Part shown: piece after piece, positions 49,231-63,300 of the stretch
Numbering within the stretch: the stretch's first letter is position 1
Layout of the letters: every line of letters starts with the position of its first letter
NCBI GenBank assembly: GCA_964106645.2
Contig: OZ067042.1
Length of the DNA stretch: 64,000 nucleotides
Origin: Podarcis pityusensis
Lineage: Eukaryota
Direction: 5' to 3' (one strand)
The notes under the pieces: model-generated
Database searches by the model: none
Told to the model about the DNA's origin: nothing
Seen by the model: the letters and a program-made list of their open reading frames with translations, nothing else
Made by a program: the position numbers and the translations under genes

Positions 49231-50443
49231 ATTTTTTCTGTCAGCTTCCTCTTGTGCAATACACTATTATGCAGACTTCTTGTGCTCCTTTAAGGAACAC
49301 AATCTACATCTTCCATGCAGGAGCACTTTTCACTCTATTTTATTTTCTAAGCAAAGGATTCTACATGGAACGGGTTCCAATTTCAGAATTTCCAGAAACT
49401 CATTGAAGTTACTGTTGCAGCAAAAAAACAAAAGTCATGTAGCATCTTATAGTCTAGGAAACAAAATTGTTGGTCTTTTAAGGTGTCACATGGCTGTTGG
49501 TTTTTATAATTCGCACTGTACTTTTACTATAACAGGCTAGCATATATATGGATGATATTAGCATTCTCTATCCACACGTCATTTCTATTTCAACCATGTT
49601 GAATTCCAAGGACAGCTTCTCTCAGTCACTACAATGGTATGCAAGACATTAAATATAGTTACCAATTAAATACAGTTTTTCTTGAACTCCAACTATGTGC
49701 AAAATGAAGTTAGTGATGTTCACTCATATCTCTACCAGCAAAGAATGCCCCCTACTTTCCCCAAGTGCCTGAACTAAACAGCAATTGTCATCTTAAATTT
49801 ATTTTGTCACTGCACTGCTCAATTTCCTAATCAAAGAGTACTGCCAAAATTAATTTGGAGTTCAGACTACCCATCCAAACTCCTATATCACCACAACTTG
49901 ACCTTGTATTCTTCTGCATTCTCTCTGTCACGGGATAGATAAAACACGACAGGGCTTTTCCTTGTCTGACAAAATTACCCTGCCAGGCTTAGCTTATCAA
50001 ATTAGTAATTATTTTGGCTCCTTTCAGCATGACTCTTCTATGTCAAGACATTTTAAAATATTATTTTGTAAATTCCACTGAGATATGAGTTGCATCCCTC
50101 GTGTGTGAAGCTTCACGGGGAAAGGGAAAAGCAAAACTTTGAAGAGCATCTTGTTGTATAATTATAAACTATCATCCAAACCTCAGTTGCATAGAGACCA
50201 CAACTTTATGCATTTAAGGATGCATTTAACCCTTTACAGTCTTGCCTCAAAGTAAAACTACAATCCTAAGCACACTTACCAGGGAGTGAGTCACACGGAA
50301 CACAGTTGGATGTAGAATCATAGGCCGGATTCAACTGAGTTCCACTAGTGCAAGCCATCACTAGGTCTTCTGCTAGCACTACAAGCCCTTTTGCTCTTCA
50401 CTCCACCCCCACCCCCAAATTGGGCTGGGGGAACCTCCAGAAC

Positions 50444-50727
50444 AGAAGAAGAAGAAGAAGAAGAAGAAGAAGAAGAAGAAGAAGAAGAAGAGTTTGGATT
50501 TTATATCCCGCCTTTCACTCCCTTTAAGGAGTCTCAAAGCGGCTAACATTCTCCTTTCCCTTCCTCCCCCACAACAAACACTCTGTGAGGTGAGTGGGGC
50601 TGAGAGACTTCAAAGAAGTGTGACTGGCCCAAGGTCACCCAGCAGCTGCATGTGGAGGAGCGGAGACGCGAACCCGGTTCTCCAGCTTACGAGACTACCG
50701 CTCTTAACTACTACACCACACTGGCTC
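50444..50727 (-). mobile_element. tRNA/CORE SINE (Squam3-type) with (TTC)n tail
   Basis: The minus strand starts gagccagtgtggtgtagtagttaagag (box A)...ccgggttcgcgtctcc (box B)...gggtgaccttgggccagtcac (CORE); (GAA)15 on the + strand. Confidence 0.92.
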
Positions 50728-50814
50728 GCTGGGAGAGTGGGACTGTTCTTTCTGGAAAGCTAAAAATTGCACTGATGGAATCATCTCTTTAGCACTACAC
50801 TGAATTCCTCCCAT

Positions 50815-52140
50815 ACGAATTGGAACAGAACTCTGTCATCTAGGCCAGCAACCTGCTGATGAAGGAACAAAATGACTACAGCATCCCAAATAGATGGCAA
50901 TCCAGCCTCTGCTTAAATTAAAAGCCTCCAACAAAAGGAGAGTCCAACACCTTTCAAGGCAGCCTATTCCTCTGTTGAACAGCTCATACCATCAGAATGT
51001 TTTCCTAGTCTTCGGTCAAAATCGTCTTTCTTGTAATTTGTACCTGTTGGTTCAGATTCCACCCACTGGATCAATTTGGGAGTGGGGGGAGTACCATAAT
51101 CTACGTAAGAGAGCCCTTCAAATATCTAATGAGGCTCTCTTTTCATCTCTTAATAATTTCTTCTTCAGACGAACCCAATTCCTTCCATTTTTCTTCACAG
51201 GACTTCGTTTCCAGACTGTTTGTTACCTATGTCACTCTCCTCTGTAGATGTTTCAGTTTGTCAAGTTGCTTCCCAAACTGCAGTATCCAGAAAAGGAGAG
51301 TTTATTCTAGGTGAGGTCCGACCAAACCAAAATAGTTTTTACTTCTCAAGGTCTGGACACTATACTTCTATTGTATAGTGTACACTTCTATTGTATATTG
51401 TATAGATGCAGCCTAAAACTCCCTTGCCTTTTCAGCTGTCAACCTGAATTGCTGGCTCATATTTAGCTTATGGTCTCCTAAAATCTCTAGATCATTTTCA
51501 CATGTACTGCCATCAAACCAGATGTCATCCATGCTGTACTTGTACCTAATTTTGCCTACTTAAATGCAGAACTTTACATTTAACTATTGAAATTCATGTT
51601 TGTCTTTGCCCAATTCTCCATCCTGTCAAGTTCATCTTGAATTCTGCTTCTGACAAGTGAGATAAGCTACCCTTCCAATTTTTTGTCATCTGCAAATTTG
51701 ATTAACATTCCTCACTATTCCTTTGTCAAAGTCATTAAGGAAGATGTTGAACAACAGTGGACCAGGGCAGAATTCTGCAGCACCCCACATATTACTTCTC
51801 TCCAAGCTACTGAGGAGCCAGCGATGAACATTCATTGAGTATGCTCCATCAGTCAACTATAAATCCCCCTAATGGTAGCATTGTTTATCCCACATTTTAG
51901 CAGCTTGCCAACAAGAATACTGTAGAGGATACTGTCAAAATCCTTGCTGAAATCAAGATATTCTATGTCTACAACATTCCTTTCATCTACCCAACTAGTA
52001 GCTCTATCAACAAAACAAGAAAATAAGGTTAGTCTGGCATGACTTGCTCTTGAGAAACCCATCCTGGCTCTTTGTAATCGCAGCATTCTTTTCTAAACGC
52101 TCACAGACTGACCACTTAATGAACTGTTTTAGACCATTCT
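50815..52140 (-). mobile_element. CR1 LINE fragment (about 1.3 kb, RT to 3' end)
   Basis: ORFs 51853-52198 give SQDGFLKSKSCQTNLI and VDIEYLDFSKDFDSI; tttgcagatgac (FADD) is near 51690. Confidence 0.9.
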
Positions 52141-53779
52141 GTGTAAACATGTACAGGATTATGCTGTTATTGAATGGGACTTTCTTTTGGGTAGTCATGC
52201 ATAGGATTAAGTCCCATTGACAAATGGGAAAATCACAGGCTGAACTGCAGGCACAACCCCAGAGTCTTGTAAAGTAAGATTTTTAAAAATGTGCTACTTG
52301 GAACTATTGTAACAAGGAAAGCAAAGCAATAGCTAGGTCAAGTCAGCTTTACACAAAAGAATTTAAGAAGCATGAGGAAGATCTATTCCATTTTTAAAAG
52401 AAAAAAATCCTAAAATGGAAGTCAACAGTGCTACATTTACATCTTTGGAACAGGATAAAAACAGTAGCCAGTTTTTGGTGAATGGCAGAGCAAATCCTCA
52501 ATCTATAAAAAACAAAAAGGGGAGTAATTTATTCATTGCTATTAAGTATCCATTAACCTTGAATGCAGAGGTGGAAAAAATACTTCAAACACTTCAGTGT
52601 CGTCAGAATGAACCCATTAGGTACCTGGGTGACAAGGTACTTCTAATTTTCCTATTTTAATCAATGTTAATTATTTTCTACAGAAGCACAAAATCAAAAT
52701 GTATATCAGCAGAATTAACGGAAGTAATCATATAAAACCTAAGCAAGTTGTAAAAATCCACTGTGGTGCCTAAAAGTGGGAAATAATTCTTCAGTCCTCC
52801 AGAAAGTTGTATCTAGATATCTAACAGTCAGATTAGGATTTTCAGAAGCAAACATCTAGAATTATATACAGTACATCTAAAGACATTTAAGAACCTTGGC
52901 AACCAAGGCAAGTAGAGCACAGATAAGGGAAATAGGATCTGGTGCAGAATTTAAATGCAAAGCTTTCAGAATGGAACTAATCAACTGATAGTTAAAAAGC
53001 TCTCAAAGTGTTTATGAGGGAACCCATAGAATTGTGGCACCCCACTTTCCCCCTTGTCCTTACAGAGAAATTACACCCTCACTTTGGCTCTTTATGCTAC
53101 AAGTATCACCCAAACAAGCTGTGTATACTCTGTAACACCTCTGTGATGCAATAGGGGTCCTTCTCTTGATCACATTTTAACTCTTTACTAGCTTAAAAAA
53201 ACACAGAATATTAGGATATAGCATAATCTCAAAAATGATGTATGTTGATGGGGATTACAGAAGAAAAAAACAAGAACAATTAAAGGGCTCAACTGGATGA
53301 TGCTAAACAGGAAAAAAGAGTAAGTATTCCTATCTTGTCTTTTTACAAAGAAATCCTTTTTATTCTATACTGGTCTCTGTGGTAACAACAGGGTGCCTAT
53401 ATTATTGTTATAACTGCCTTTCCCTTTATAGAAGGACAAAGGTTAATTGCTTTTCTGGAGGTCACCCGGCAAGCCAACATCAGAGTCAAGAACAAGACCC
53501 AAACTTCCTTATTCCGACACATTATTTAACCATTTCGTTACCACTCCCTTTCGCACCAGTGCAAAAAGCATTCAGATTCTTTAATCCAGTGAGATTTACT
53601 TGGTCACTTAACCCCCATATGCCACAAGAAGTAACTAAGAGACTTCAGGTAATTCAGTGTGGCTTTCAACCCATCCTTTAGGAATATGATTGTTTATGTA
53701 AGCTGCTTTGAGAACAAAAAACATTAAGAACAATAACTACATCAAGCAGCAGCATCTACTGTTTCGCAACCATTTCATA

Positions 53780-54900
53780 CCATAAAGTATTGTGTGTGTG
53801 AACAGGTATCTTCATCAGCCTCTGGAAAATGGCAAGGAATTCCAGAGGGGATACCACTTAGAAAAGGATCTGCTCTTGTAGCCACCTAAATTAGAATGTG
53901 TTTTTTAAATTTAGGAACTAGGTCTCTTTTTCTATTACTTCTGGCATCTAGTCCATTTATGATTTTAAAACTGTCAACATGTTGAATTCTGTTCAGAAAC
54001 TGGAAGCCAGTTCAGTTCTTTGAGTCCTCATATTATGTTCCCCACCTACCCAGTTCTTAATACCCTGGCCACCACATTCTGTACCAGGTGAATTTTCTGA
54101 ATGAGTAAAAAATAGCCCACAAGCATTGCATTACACTAGCCCAATCTAACACCCACACACCCACACCCCAGGATCAACTGCCAAGCTAGACAGAGCTGGT
54201 AAAAGGTATTCCTAGCAACAGATGCCACCATAAAGTCAAGAAAGAATGCTTTGTCCAGATCTCCTGACTGCTGATCCACTCCTCAGAGGGATGCTATCTG
54301 GTCCACAACAGGTCAATCACCTATCCCCCACATCAACAGAACCATCCATACCAGCATCTCCAACTCAACTGGTCTGAACTTCAGTTTATTTGCTATCATC
54401 CAATCCATCAGGATCACTGGGAATGAAGTAAGAGAAATAAAGCTGGATACCATCAGCATTACAGCATGGCAAGCAACCTCCCCCTGTGATTTTACATAGT
54501 TGTAATACACTGTATAATAAACAGCATAAGATGGATACCCCACAATATCTCTCTTCATATCACCTTCTGGAACAAGTTAACGATTGTAACACAGTCCTGC
54601 TGACCCCCAGTCCTGACAAGTGGTCCAGAAGGATATTAAGTCAACAGTATCAATCACTGCTGTGAGATCCAGAAGAATCAAAATCCATTAGCTGGCAAAC
54701 GTTGTCCGCCAAAGTGACCTTGGCAGTCCAAGTCCCTCTATGGGTCCTGAAGCTAGACAAATTCTAGCAAGCTTGATGATCAACTGTGAACATCCTGCAA
54801 ACTTCTGGCATGTTTGAAGCCACTACCCAGGAATAAGCTTGCTAAATAATAATCTATGAGGAAGAAGTCACCAAACTTCTATTAACTTGGGCAACACATT
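53780..54900 (-). mobile_element. Degenerate L2 LINE (RT region)
   Basis: Minus strand ILILLDLTAVIDTVDL (LLDLSAAFDTVDH motif) near 54650 and MDWMIANKLKF (WMxxNKLKLNP motif) near 54390. Confidence 0.75.
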
Positions 54901-55844
54901 CTTCCTTGGCTTTTTGCAAGACTGGACACATGCTATATAAACATCAATAAAAACCTGACAATTTTATTTAAAAATTAAGCAGGTTAGATTTGCACAATTT
55001 CAGCTGCTTAAATCGGGGATAACAATTGAACAGAACCTGTGCAGAGTTGCCTACATTCAATATTATAACCTTTTGTCCTTAATAGCGGACTGTGTCCAGT
55101 CTTGCAAAAATCCATCTTCCTTCATCTCATTTGTAACACAAACTGTTTTAAGATCAAATTAATATACTTTTACAGGGGCATTTTATGCATTCCATTTAAG
55201 CCAGGCACAAGATCAAGAGTGTACAATACAAAGGGGAAACTCCACAGCCATGACAAGAGACTGCTGCGATGACACTGGGGTTTGTACACAAGCCAAGTTT
55301 TTCCAACTGCTAAAGGACCAGTCAAGGTTAAGAAAGAAATGCTAACTCTCTCTATAATTTCAGATGAACTAAGATAAACAATCATATGCATCCAGTTGAG
55401 CTGAAACATCACCCAAAATGTTTAGAGTGGGATGATTTATCTCCATTTAAAATTAAGGTGCTTTTAGGCAGTGTAAGACGTACCATCTCTGTTATTCAGG
55501 TGCACTGTTAACCAATTCAGGTAACATAAACAGTTGGCATTAGTCCTATAACGATTTATCTTGACAAATGCTGCCACTGCACTGTCAGAGGTTGTATTAC
55601 CACAGTTAATACTTCAAGCAAATGTAAACCTTTTCCACCTAGGGCTGTTTTAAATATTCCACTGTTTCCATTTTTGAGCTGTAAACAGCAAGGGGAGGGG
55701 GAGGTCAGGAAGATTTCCTGACAAACCTTTTAACTGTGATAATATTCACCCTTTTTCAATATTGTTTTCCGCCATTGTTTTCCCTTTGTGACCAACCATA
55801 TCTGTTCACATAACTGGGGGCAAACCAAGGCAACTGAAAGGGAA

Positions 55845-56085
55845 GTAAGGTAAGGTAGGTAAAAGTAAAGGACCCCTGGACAGTTAAGTCCAGCCAAAGG
55901 AAATTATGGGGTGCGGCATTCATCTCACTTCAGGCCGAGGGAGCCGGTGTTTGTCCACAGACAGCTTTCTGAGTCATGTGGCCAGCATGACTAAACCACT
56001 TCTGGCACGACAGACCACAATGACGCAAGCCAGAGTGCACAGAAACACTGTTTACCTTCCCGCTGCAGTGGTACCTATTTATCTA
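55845..56085 (-). mobile_element. Sauria SINE, 3' part
   Basis: taaggtaaggtaggtaaaagtaaaggacccctg tail and gtcatgtggccagcatgactaa...ggtacctatttatcta body in reverse. Confidence 0.9.
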
Positions 56086-56172
56086 TTGAACAGTATATTA
56101 AGCACTTTTAAGGTATTACCACAAATCCAAAATATGTATGCAGTACATTTTAAAGGGGAAATGGTTATATTA

Positions 56173-56387
56173 CAGTAGTACGTCTGGTTACAAACTTAAT
56201 TCATTCCAGAGGTCTGTTCTTAACCCGAAACCATTCTTAACCTGAGGCGTTAATGGGGCCTCCCGCTGCCACACAACTTCCCCTCGCATCCCAGGGCAAT
56301 GTTCACTACCAGGAGCATCTACTTCCAGGTTAGCTCATCACCCGAAGCGTTCGTAAGGAGGACAGTACATAACCTGAGGTTCCACTG
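56173..56387. mobile_element. Tc1/mariner MITE, family A
   Basis: TA TSD; cagtagtacgtctggttacaaacttaattc ... aacctgaggttccactg. Confidence 0.85.
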
Positions 56388-58394
56388 TACATTTTTGGGC
56401 CAGCAACTCATGCACATTGGCAAAGCATTAAAGGAATGAATAGAACTGAATAGGTCCCTAACAGTTTTCAACAGAGAAGAGGGAGGGAGAGGGAAGCTAA
56501 GTACTACCCATTCATGTATTTCAATATAATACTGACTGGGCAAGTAGTATTTTAATTAGGTCAGTAAATGCAAAGACAACATGAGTACTTCAGTCAACAT
56601 GAAAATTAATGAGCAGATTGAGGTTCTGATTTCCAGTGGTAGAGGCAAAAGTAGCCTTTAAGAAAAAGAGAAGGGGGACTACTTAGGACAGAATCTATTT
56701 TTAGCAGTTCTCTTAGCCAAGGTCCTGCACAGAAAAGAACAAAGCTATTTCAACAATGATCTTGCGTTCGATCGCACTAGGGATAGATTCTAGCACCCTC
56801 AACTGAGCTCTTGCTGCAAACAGTCTTGTATGTTACTAATAGTTTAGAGGTGGTATGCAGATGAAACTAAAGACCTACTATAAGGTTTCCTATGTTATTT
56901 TCTTTGAGGAAGGGATCTCACGTTTCTTTGCTGATCTCTCTGTAACAATCTCAAATGTTTCGTGCATAAAATAAACTAGTCCTGCTGGGCTGCTTGCAGA
57001 GCAAAGAAAATGAGAGACCCCAAGATTCTCTCCTCCCACTTAAAACTTTAGGTTTAATTCTTTTATTTTCTCCTACTCAGTTCAAGGAGTTCTTTATCCA
57101 TTTGTTTCATTAGGCGCAGAGCACCAGAGAGACTTTCATTCTAACAGTCGCCTTCAAAACTGTAGTTGCCACAACAACCAGATGCAGCTTAGCTGCATTG
57201 TTCTCATTTGTTAGTACCATGACACAATCGTTCCATCTTCCTACAATGAAGCAACTTTTCATTTCCACTTTTCAAGGATGTTACATTTCCCCACACAGAT
57301 ACAGATGTGCCGTGAGTGTGCATGTGTCATACATGCAAAGTTGAAAACAAGATTCTTTTGGGAGAATTGTTATACTAGATTTGTTTTGAGATGTTGACAG
57401 CAATTGCTAGAGCCAGGCTGCTGAAACATCTAAAGCTTGGCCTTTAATAATCACCAAAGTAATATAGCGCCAGACCACATCTGAGCAGGGACTCCCAATA
57501 GTGTCAGATTGTGTCAAACTGCAGGATTGTTATGGGATGCGAGCAAATGTCCACACTTGTTTTACCCAATCAAATCTGAATTAGGCTCTAGATGCAAGCC
57601 TCCTGTGTATTAACCCACTGGCCTCCCTGTTATTACCACCACCACAGACCTTCACATTTGAAGGCTAATTTTAATTCAGCAATTTGAGTTGTTGCTGCAG
57701 ATCTTGCTATACATTGCCCCACTCTCCCTTCTGATGATCCTTGTTTGAACTTTTACTCACGAGAAGTGCAAACAGGAGATGCACACAACATGCAGACACA
57801 CAACACTCACAAATATATAGATGTAGTGAATATCTGATTACACATCACCATGAGGGTATTGAACTGTATGTGTACTTGACCAATGAAACAAACACAAGTT
57901 TTCTGGTGCAAGCCCTCACAAGAGATGAGAAACAGTAACACAGTCCAACCTGCTTTAGCCATGCTTGGTATCCAGAAGATGAAAGTTGGAATCCATCTTT
58001 AGGCATGTGTATTCTGGGCTAGGAGAGAATAGACATAAAAGACCTCCTTTTACATTGAGACCTGGCTAGCCTACCCTTATTTCCAGGTGAACGCAAACAC
58101 CAAACACACTCTCAGCCATACACATAAAGATGCATTCTTCAGGGGAATTGCAGAGAGGCTGCTACTCTATATAGCATAAATAATAGAACCTTAGGAAAAG
58201 ACGATAAAGAATGCCCAACCCACACAGGATTTTGCACAGGTAAACATCTCTAGAACAATTAACCCATGTAATACAACTATAGCGTGGCCCACCAACATCC
58301 AAGATCGTCCATTAAGCTTTTGGGGGGAGATTCTTCACGGCAGCCGCGGGAATAGAAGTAGTGTGGGTTTTTTTAATTAAAAAAACCCTGTGTA

Positions 58395-58504
58395 TTCACC
58401 ATCCGTGTATAAGATGACCCCCAATTTTTGACAAAAAAATTTAAGCAAATTATTAAAGGAAAAATAAGCCAAAAAAAATTTGTCTTGTACATGGAAAAAT
58501 ACAG
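58395..58504. mobile_element. Partial Tc2-like MITE
   Basis: The right end gtcttgtacatggaaaaatacag+TA resembles the 42433-42603 element. Confidence 0.5.
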
Positions 58505-59007
58505 TAATTCACATACCATGGATGGGGATCATTGTATGCAAGCTACTTAAGGAGAATTTCTTAGGTGATGGCCATATCCCTCCAATCTACTTTATACACG
58601 TACAACGTCACCTTCAAGTTCACCCTGAGAAAATCTGACCTCTTCACAGCCTACTGCTGGAAAGGGTAAGGGGTTCAAGCAGCTACGTGCTTGTTCCTTA
58701 CAGCCTTTTTCGTTAAAGGATGCATATATGAGCCTCTACAGCACCAAACCCCTTCATTTTCTTCTGACATGCCTGATCTAAAACTCTATGCAAACAGGAT
58801 AACCACAATTAGAGCCGCTTTTTGATGTGGGAATTCTGCTTGAAGAGCACAACAACTCACAGAGCATCAGTTTAAAACAGTGATTGTTCAAAATGTGTTC
58901 TGAAGAACCCTGGGGGTTCCTTGAAAGCTTGTGAGAGAATTCTCAGTGAGAAGACCAGAAAAGGCAGGCAAGCTTCCTTAACAGTTTCCCCCACCTATTA
59001 TTAATTA

Positions 59008-59214
59008 CACTGGACACTTGAGTTGTGAACGTGATCCGTGCAGGATGCACATTTGCAACCTGCAGCAGCGCGTCTGCGCACATGCAGGTTGCGATTCGGC
59101 GCTTCTGCGCAACTGCCGAAAACAGGAAGTAACCCGTTCTGGTACTTCCGGGTTTCGGCGGTCCATAACCCGAAAAAATGCAACCTGAAACGTCTGTAAC
59201 CCGAGATATGACTG
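59008..59214. mobile_element. Tc1/mariner MITE
   Basis: TA flanks; ends cactggacacttgagttgtgaac / ctgtaacccgagatatgactg; CpG-rich interior. Confidence 0.75.
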
Positions 59215-59569
59215 TATTACTATTATTATTAATTAAATTTATATCCTACGCTTCATTCTGAAGGAGTCCAGGGCAGCACCTTCTCCTAAAATGCACAGCT
59301 AATAGTTATATGCATTCCAAGATGCACTATAAGTTCAGGGAGGCAATAATAAGGCTTAGCAGGTTTATCCAGAGCTCCATAGGTATCGATTGTAAATTCT
59401 AGAATACATTCCAGATGTTCCACAACATACAGAGAATGAGCAGGCATTAAAACGGCAAACACAGTGTAAGCAACTGTAAAATAATGTATAGTGGGACAAA
59501 AAACCCTAACTTCACATATACACTTGGGACAGAATCGGCCCTGGTCACTCAAATGGATGATCTTCTTTC

Positions 59570-59925
59570 TGAGAGGGACTGAGGAAGTTTACCTTTGTTG
59601 CTCTTACCAGAATATCAAAGGGTGGTGACCAAAATAAGGGCATTTTCTGCTGCTGCCCCTGTTCTGTGGGTTGCCCTTCCCTCTACCATATGTGAAGCAG
59701 CAACCTCAGTTGCTTCACACATCTTTTTGCTCAGGCTTTCCCTGACCCATGAGGTTTATGTATGCAAATCCCCTGAATCTCTGTATTACTTACTTTTTAT
59801 ATTGTTTCATTGTTTTTAGTTTGTGTTTTTGTTTTAATGAATATTGTTTTTATATTGCACACAGTGTACAGCACTTAAGAGATTTTGAAAATATTAAGCT
59901 GTTCAGAAAAGCTTCTAAATAAACA
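59570..59925 (+). mobile_element. L2 3' end
   Basis: ORF 59595-59819 contains RAFSAAAPVLWVALP. Confidence 0.75.
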
Positions 59926-59934
59926 AATGCACTA

Positions 59935-60400
59935 ATGTGGTCTGAACTGGCAGCAACAGACCAGGAAAGGGAGCGTCAGGACTTAGCAGATAACTTGAGG
60001 AACATGTCGACCCAGCAGCTGTGGAAAAAGGTGCATTCCGCGTTAGGGATCATTGGAAAAGGGATTGAAAATGAAACGGCCAACAACAAAATGCTGTTAT
60101 ACCCATCTATGGTGCAACCACATTTGGAACACTGTGTATAGTTCTGGTCACCACACATCAAAAAGGATGTTGCAGACCTGGAAAAGAGGTTTTAAAAGGG
60201 CAGCCTAAAATATCCAGGGGCCATAGCAACTCCCTTGTGAAGAAAAGTTATGATATTTGGAGCTCTTTTTAAAAAAAAATGCATGATAGAGGTATATAAA
60301 ATTATGCACGGTGGGTAGAAAGTGGATAGGCACCTCTCATAATAGCAGAACCAAGAGTCAACTAATGAAGCTAAACAGTTTAAAAAAGGATCAGTATTGT
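59935..60400 (+). mobile_element. CR1 fragment
   Basis: KKVHSALGIIGKGIENETANNKMLLYPSMVQPHLEHCV*FWSPH, matching the CR1 LYxxLVRPHLEYCVQFWSP motif. Confidence 0.85.
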
Positions 60401-61726
60401 GGCTGATGCTGTCCATATGTGACTGGTACAGACTTGCATTCTCACAACAGAATTTCACCTTCTCCACCCTCAGCAAACCCTCAAAATCTGTTATGGAGGG
60501 TTGAGATCCCCTCTGGAGCAGCTTTCAGGAGCATATGGAGGGCTGCAGGAGGAAGGAGAGGAAGGAGAAATCCCACTGCATGCGTGGAAGTACTTCTTCA
60601 TACAGTTCACAGTTACGGAATTTGCTACAAGATGCAACCATTCTATACAAGTTTTACAAGCATGATCCCATGGGAACCCTCCCTACCCCATCATGCAGTG
60701 TATTACCCAGCCTAACACCTGCCAAATTCCAATTCTGTAATGTGCTGCAGCAACCCAAACACTGTATTTAATATGTAGCCTACTTCTAGGGCTGCCTTCT
60801 CAACAGTCTCCCTCCCACGATGTACTAAAGTCATTAGCTCATTCTGATTTCAAACTGGCCATCTTTTCCCTGCAATCTTTAACTGACTTTTTGTTTTATT
60901 ACCTTCCTTTACCCCTTCTTCCATTTTTAACCTAATGGATCTAGCAGTCTCTAGTGAGGTCTGAAAAGGCTGTTTTCTCAGAATGAGTCAATATTTTAAA
61001 TTCTACGGAATGCATTTGTTTTCCCCCTAAAAAATAAATATAAAAATGCAGCCTTTAAAAGACAGACATTAAATTACAGACCTCAGTTCCTATTTTCTAA
61101 GCCTAATACAACCCCTGAAGGCTTACAATATTTGAATCACAGCTGGAGCCATGGTTACCATACAGTTTAAATATCAGCTTCTTTACTGTGCAATTTGTTT
61201 TAAAAATCAAATCAGAGGCTGTGTCATAAACAAGTGCTAATTAAGTAGCAAGCAAGAAGAGGGCATTCTGTGCAAGAAAGGTTCTTAAATATCTGCCTCT
61301 CCAATCTTGTAAGAAAGGATAAATAAAGCCAGCTGGGAAAATTATGGGCCAAAACTGGCATGAGACATACACACACAAACAAAACTGTGGCTGGCACTAA
61401 CCCTCCAGTGTTATTCCTTTCAGATGAGAGTCAGGAGGCTACAGATTATGATAAGCTTCTTGCTTTTAGGTGAACAATGCCAAGTTAGCATGGCAATGTG
61501 AGTTTGATCACATAATTCTGTGAGGGCATAAGCATATTCCTACGCAGCCTCTATGCTTCAAGCCACTCAATTCTGAAACAATAGAAATCAAAACTGCAGC
61601 TCCCTTTTGGCACCACAGAACTACTGCTGGGATGGCAGAATATTTATTATTTTTATGTAGTCCTTTGGACAGATGCATTTTGTTAACAACAAGAACCCTG
61701 TAATTTATTGCAATCCCCTATTTGGC

Positions 61727-61776
61727 AAAATTCATTTATTCTTAGCTAAATGCTTAGCTAAGAATAAATGAATTTT
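61727..61776. repeat. Perfect inverted repeat, 23-bp arms and 4-nt loop
   Basis: aaaattcatttattcttagctaa-atgc-ttagctaagaataaatgaatttt. Confidence 0.95.
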
Positions 61777-62181
61777 TAATACAGTTTTTAGAAACACTTG
61801 TCACTGCTTCAGCATTTCCATTTAGTGAATAGGACTGATGTTGCTCTCAGCAGGGGGTGATATTTTAATGATGCAATGCTGCACTTCCTAGAAGACAGAC
61901 AAGCCTCATGAGGCAGATTATAGGACTAAAGAAACTCAGATCCCATTAAAAGCAGACAGCTCCAGACCATTTTTAAAATTAATTTTGTTTAATGATAAAA
62001 TGTGCTATAACAGGTGGGTAGCCAATTGTAAAATTAACCAAAACATAGTTAAAGGAACAGAAGAATGTTAGAAAAGCAAATACAATAATGCTCCCACTAC
62101 CAATTTACCAGATGCATCTGTGGAAATACTGGCACCTATCAATACTTCATTTTCGCTGTCTACAAAGCAGGTGCAGTGCCT

Positions 62182-62348
62182 ACATTCCTTTAAGCTTACA
62201 TCAAGTCAGACCATTAGTCCATCTAACTCAGTACTGTCTACACTGACTGGCAGCAGCTCTCCAGAGTTTCAGACAGAAATCTCTCCCAGCCCTATCTGGA
62301 AATGCTGACGATTGAACCTAGGACCTTTTACCACTGCACCACAATCCT
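62182..62348 (-). mobile_element. tRNA-derived SINE (Squam2-type), internally deleted
   Basis: Minus strand aaggtcctaggttcaatc (box B)...ggctgggagag...gctgctgccagtcagtgtagacagtactgagttagatggac. Confidence 0.8.
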
Positions 62349-63234
62349 TCCTTGCTTTATCAAAGCCTGAAATGTTCAGAAACATTCACAGCAAGAAATA
62401 TATTTGAATGAGTTGCCTTCAACAAAAGCTTGTTGCAAAGAGGCTTTTGCTTTTAGTTAACCATGGCTTCCCATTTCATCCAAACTGGGAGTCATGATTT
62501 AATATTAACTACGGCTGTTTCAAAACAAGCCACAGTTGGTGATGATGACCACAGTTCCCAGTCCAGACAAAATGGCAAATTACAGTAAACTAGAAACTGA
62601 AGCAAAAGCTTCTGAACATGTATGAAGATGAAAGGGGAGCGGGAGAATGTGTGATCCCGGAGGCAGTTAGGCTCATTCATCATAGTGCTAAACCATGGTT
62701 TAGCATTACATCTGAATCTTGCACTGTGTCTTTCTCATCTCTATCTTCCCATAACTCCTATCTAGTCAAAAACTTAGCAGCTAGTATTGTTTTGATTTAC
62801 TCCACTAACAAGAACTATAATTTAGCACTAACTACTCATGAGGAATTATAGTTCTGCTGGTTGGTGAGCAATTTGCCAAGGAAGACCAGTTTAGCCACTT
62901 AAAATAAATATCCACCTGCATATACTAGCACTAATCAGGGCGTGAAATTAAACTTTTTATTCAGTAGAAAATAACTGCTGCAAGGCGGCGATTTAGTGGA
63001 AAGCAAATATTAAGGTCAACCTATTCTTCCCAGTGCCTACAGTAGATTTGCTAGGAGAGAGGGCATGGAGCACCAAATTCCACTTTTCTAAGTCCATGAA
63101 GCTAAATACTTCAATGATGCGTTAGCAAATTTACCATTTGCTTTTACTAATTGCATATATTTAATGAAGCAAACAAAGCAAAAAACTAAAACAAAACGCT
63201 GTTAACTTGAACCCTGCACTCTCCTTGCATTGCC

Positions 63235-63300
63235 CCCCTAAAGCAACTAAAGAACTGAGTCCATTTGCGAACCCCTAAAGCAACTAAAGAATCGAGTCAC
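63235..63300. repeat. Short tandem duplication, period 37
   Basis: cccctaaagcaactaaagaa occurs at 63235 and 63272. Confidence 0.85.
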
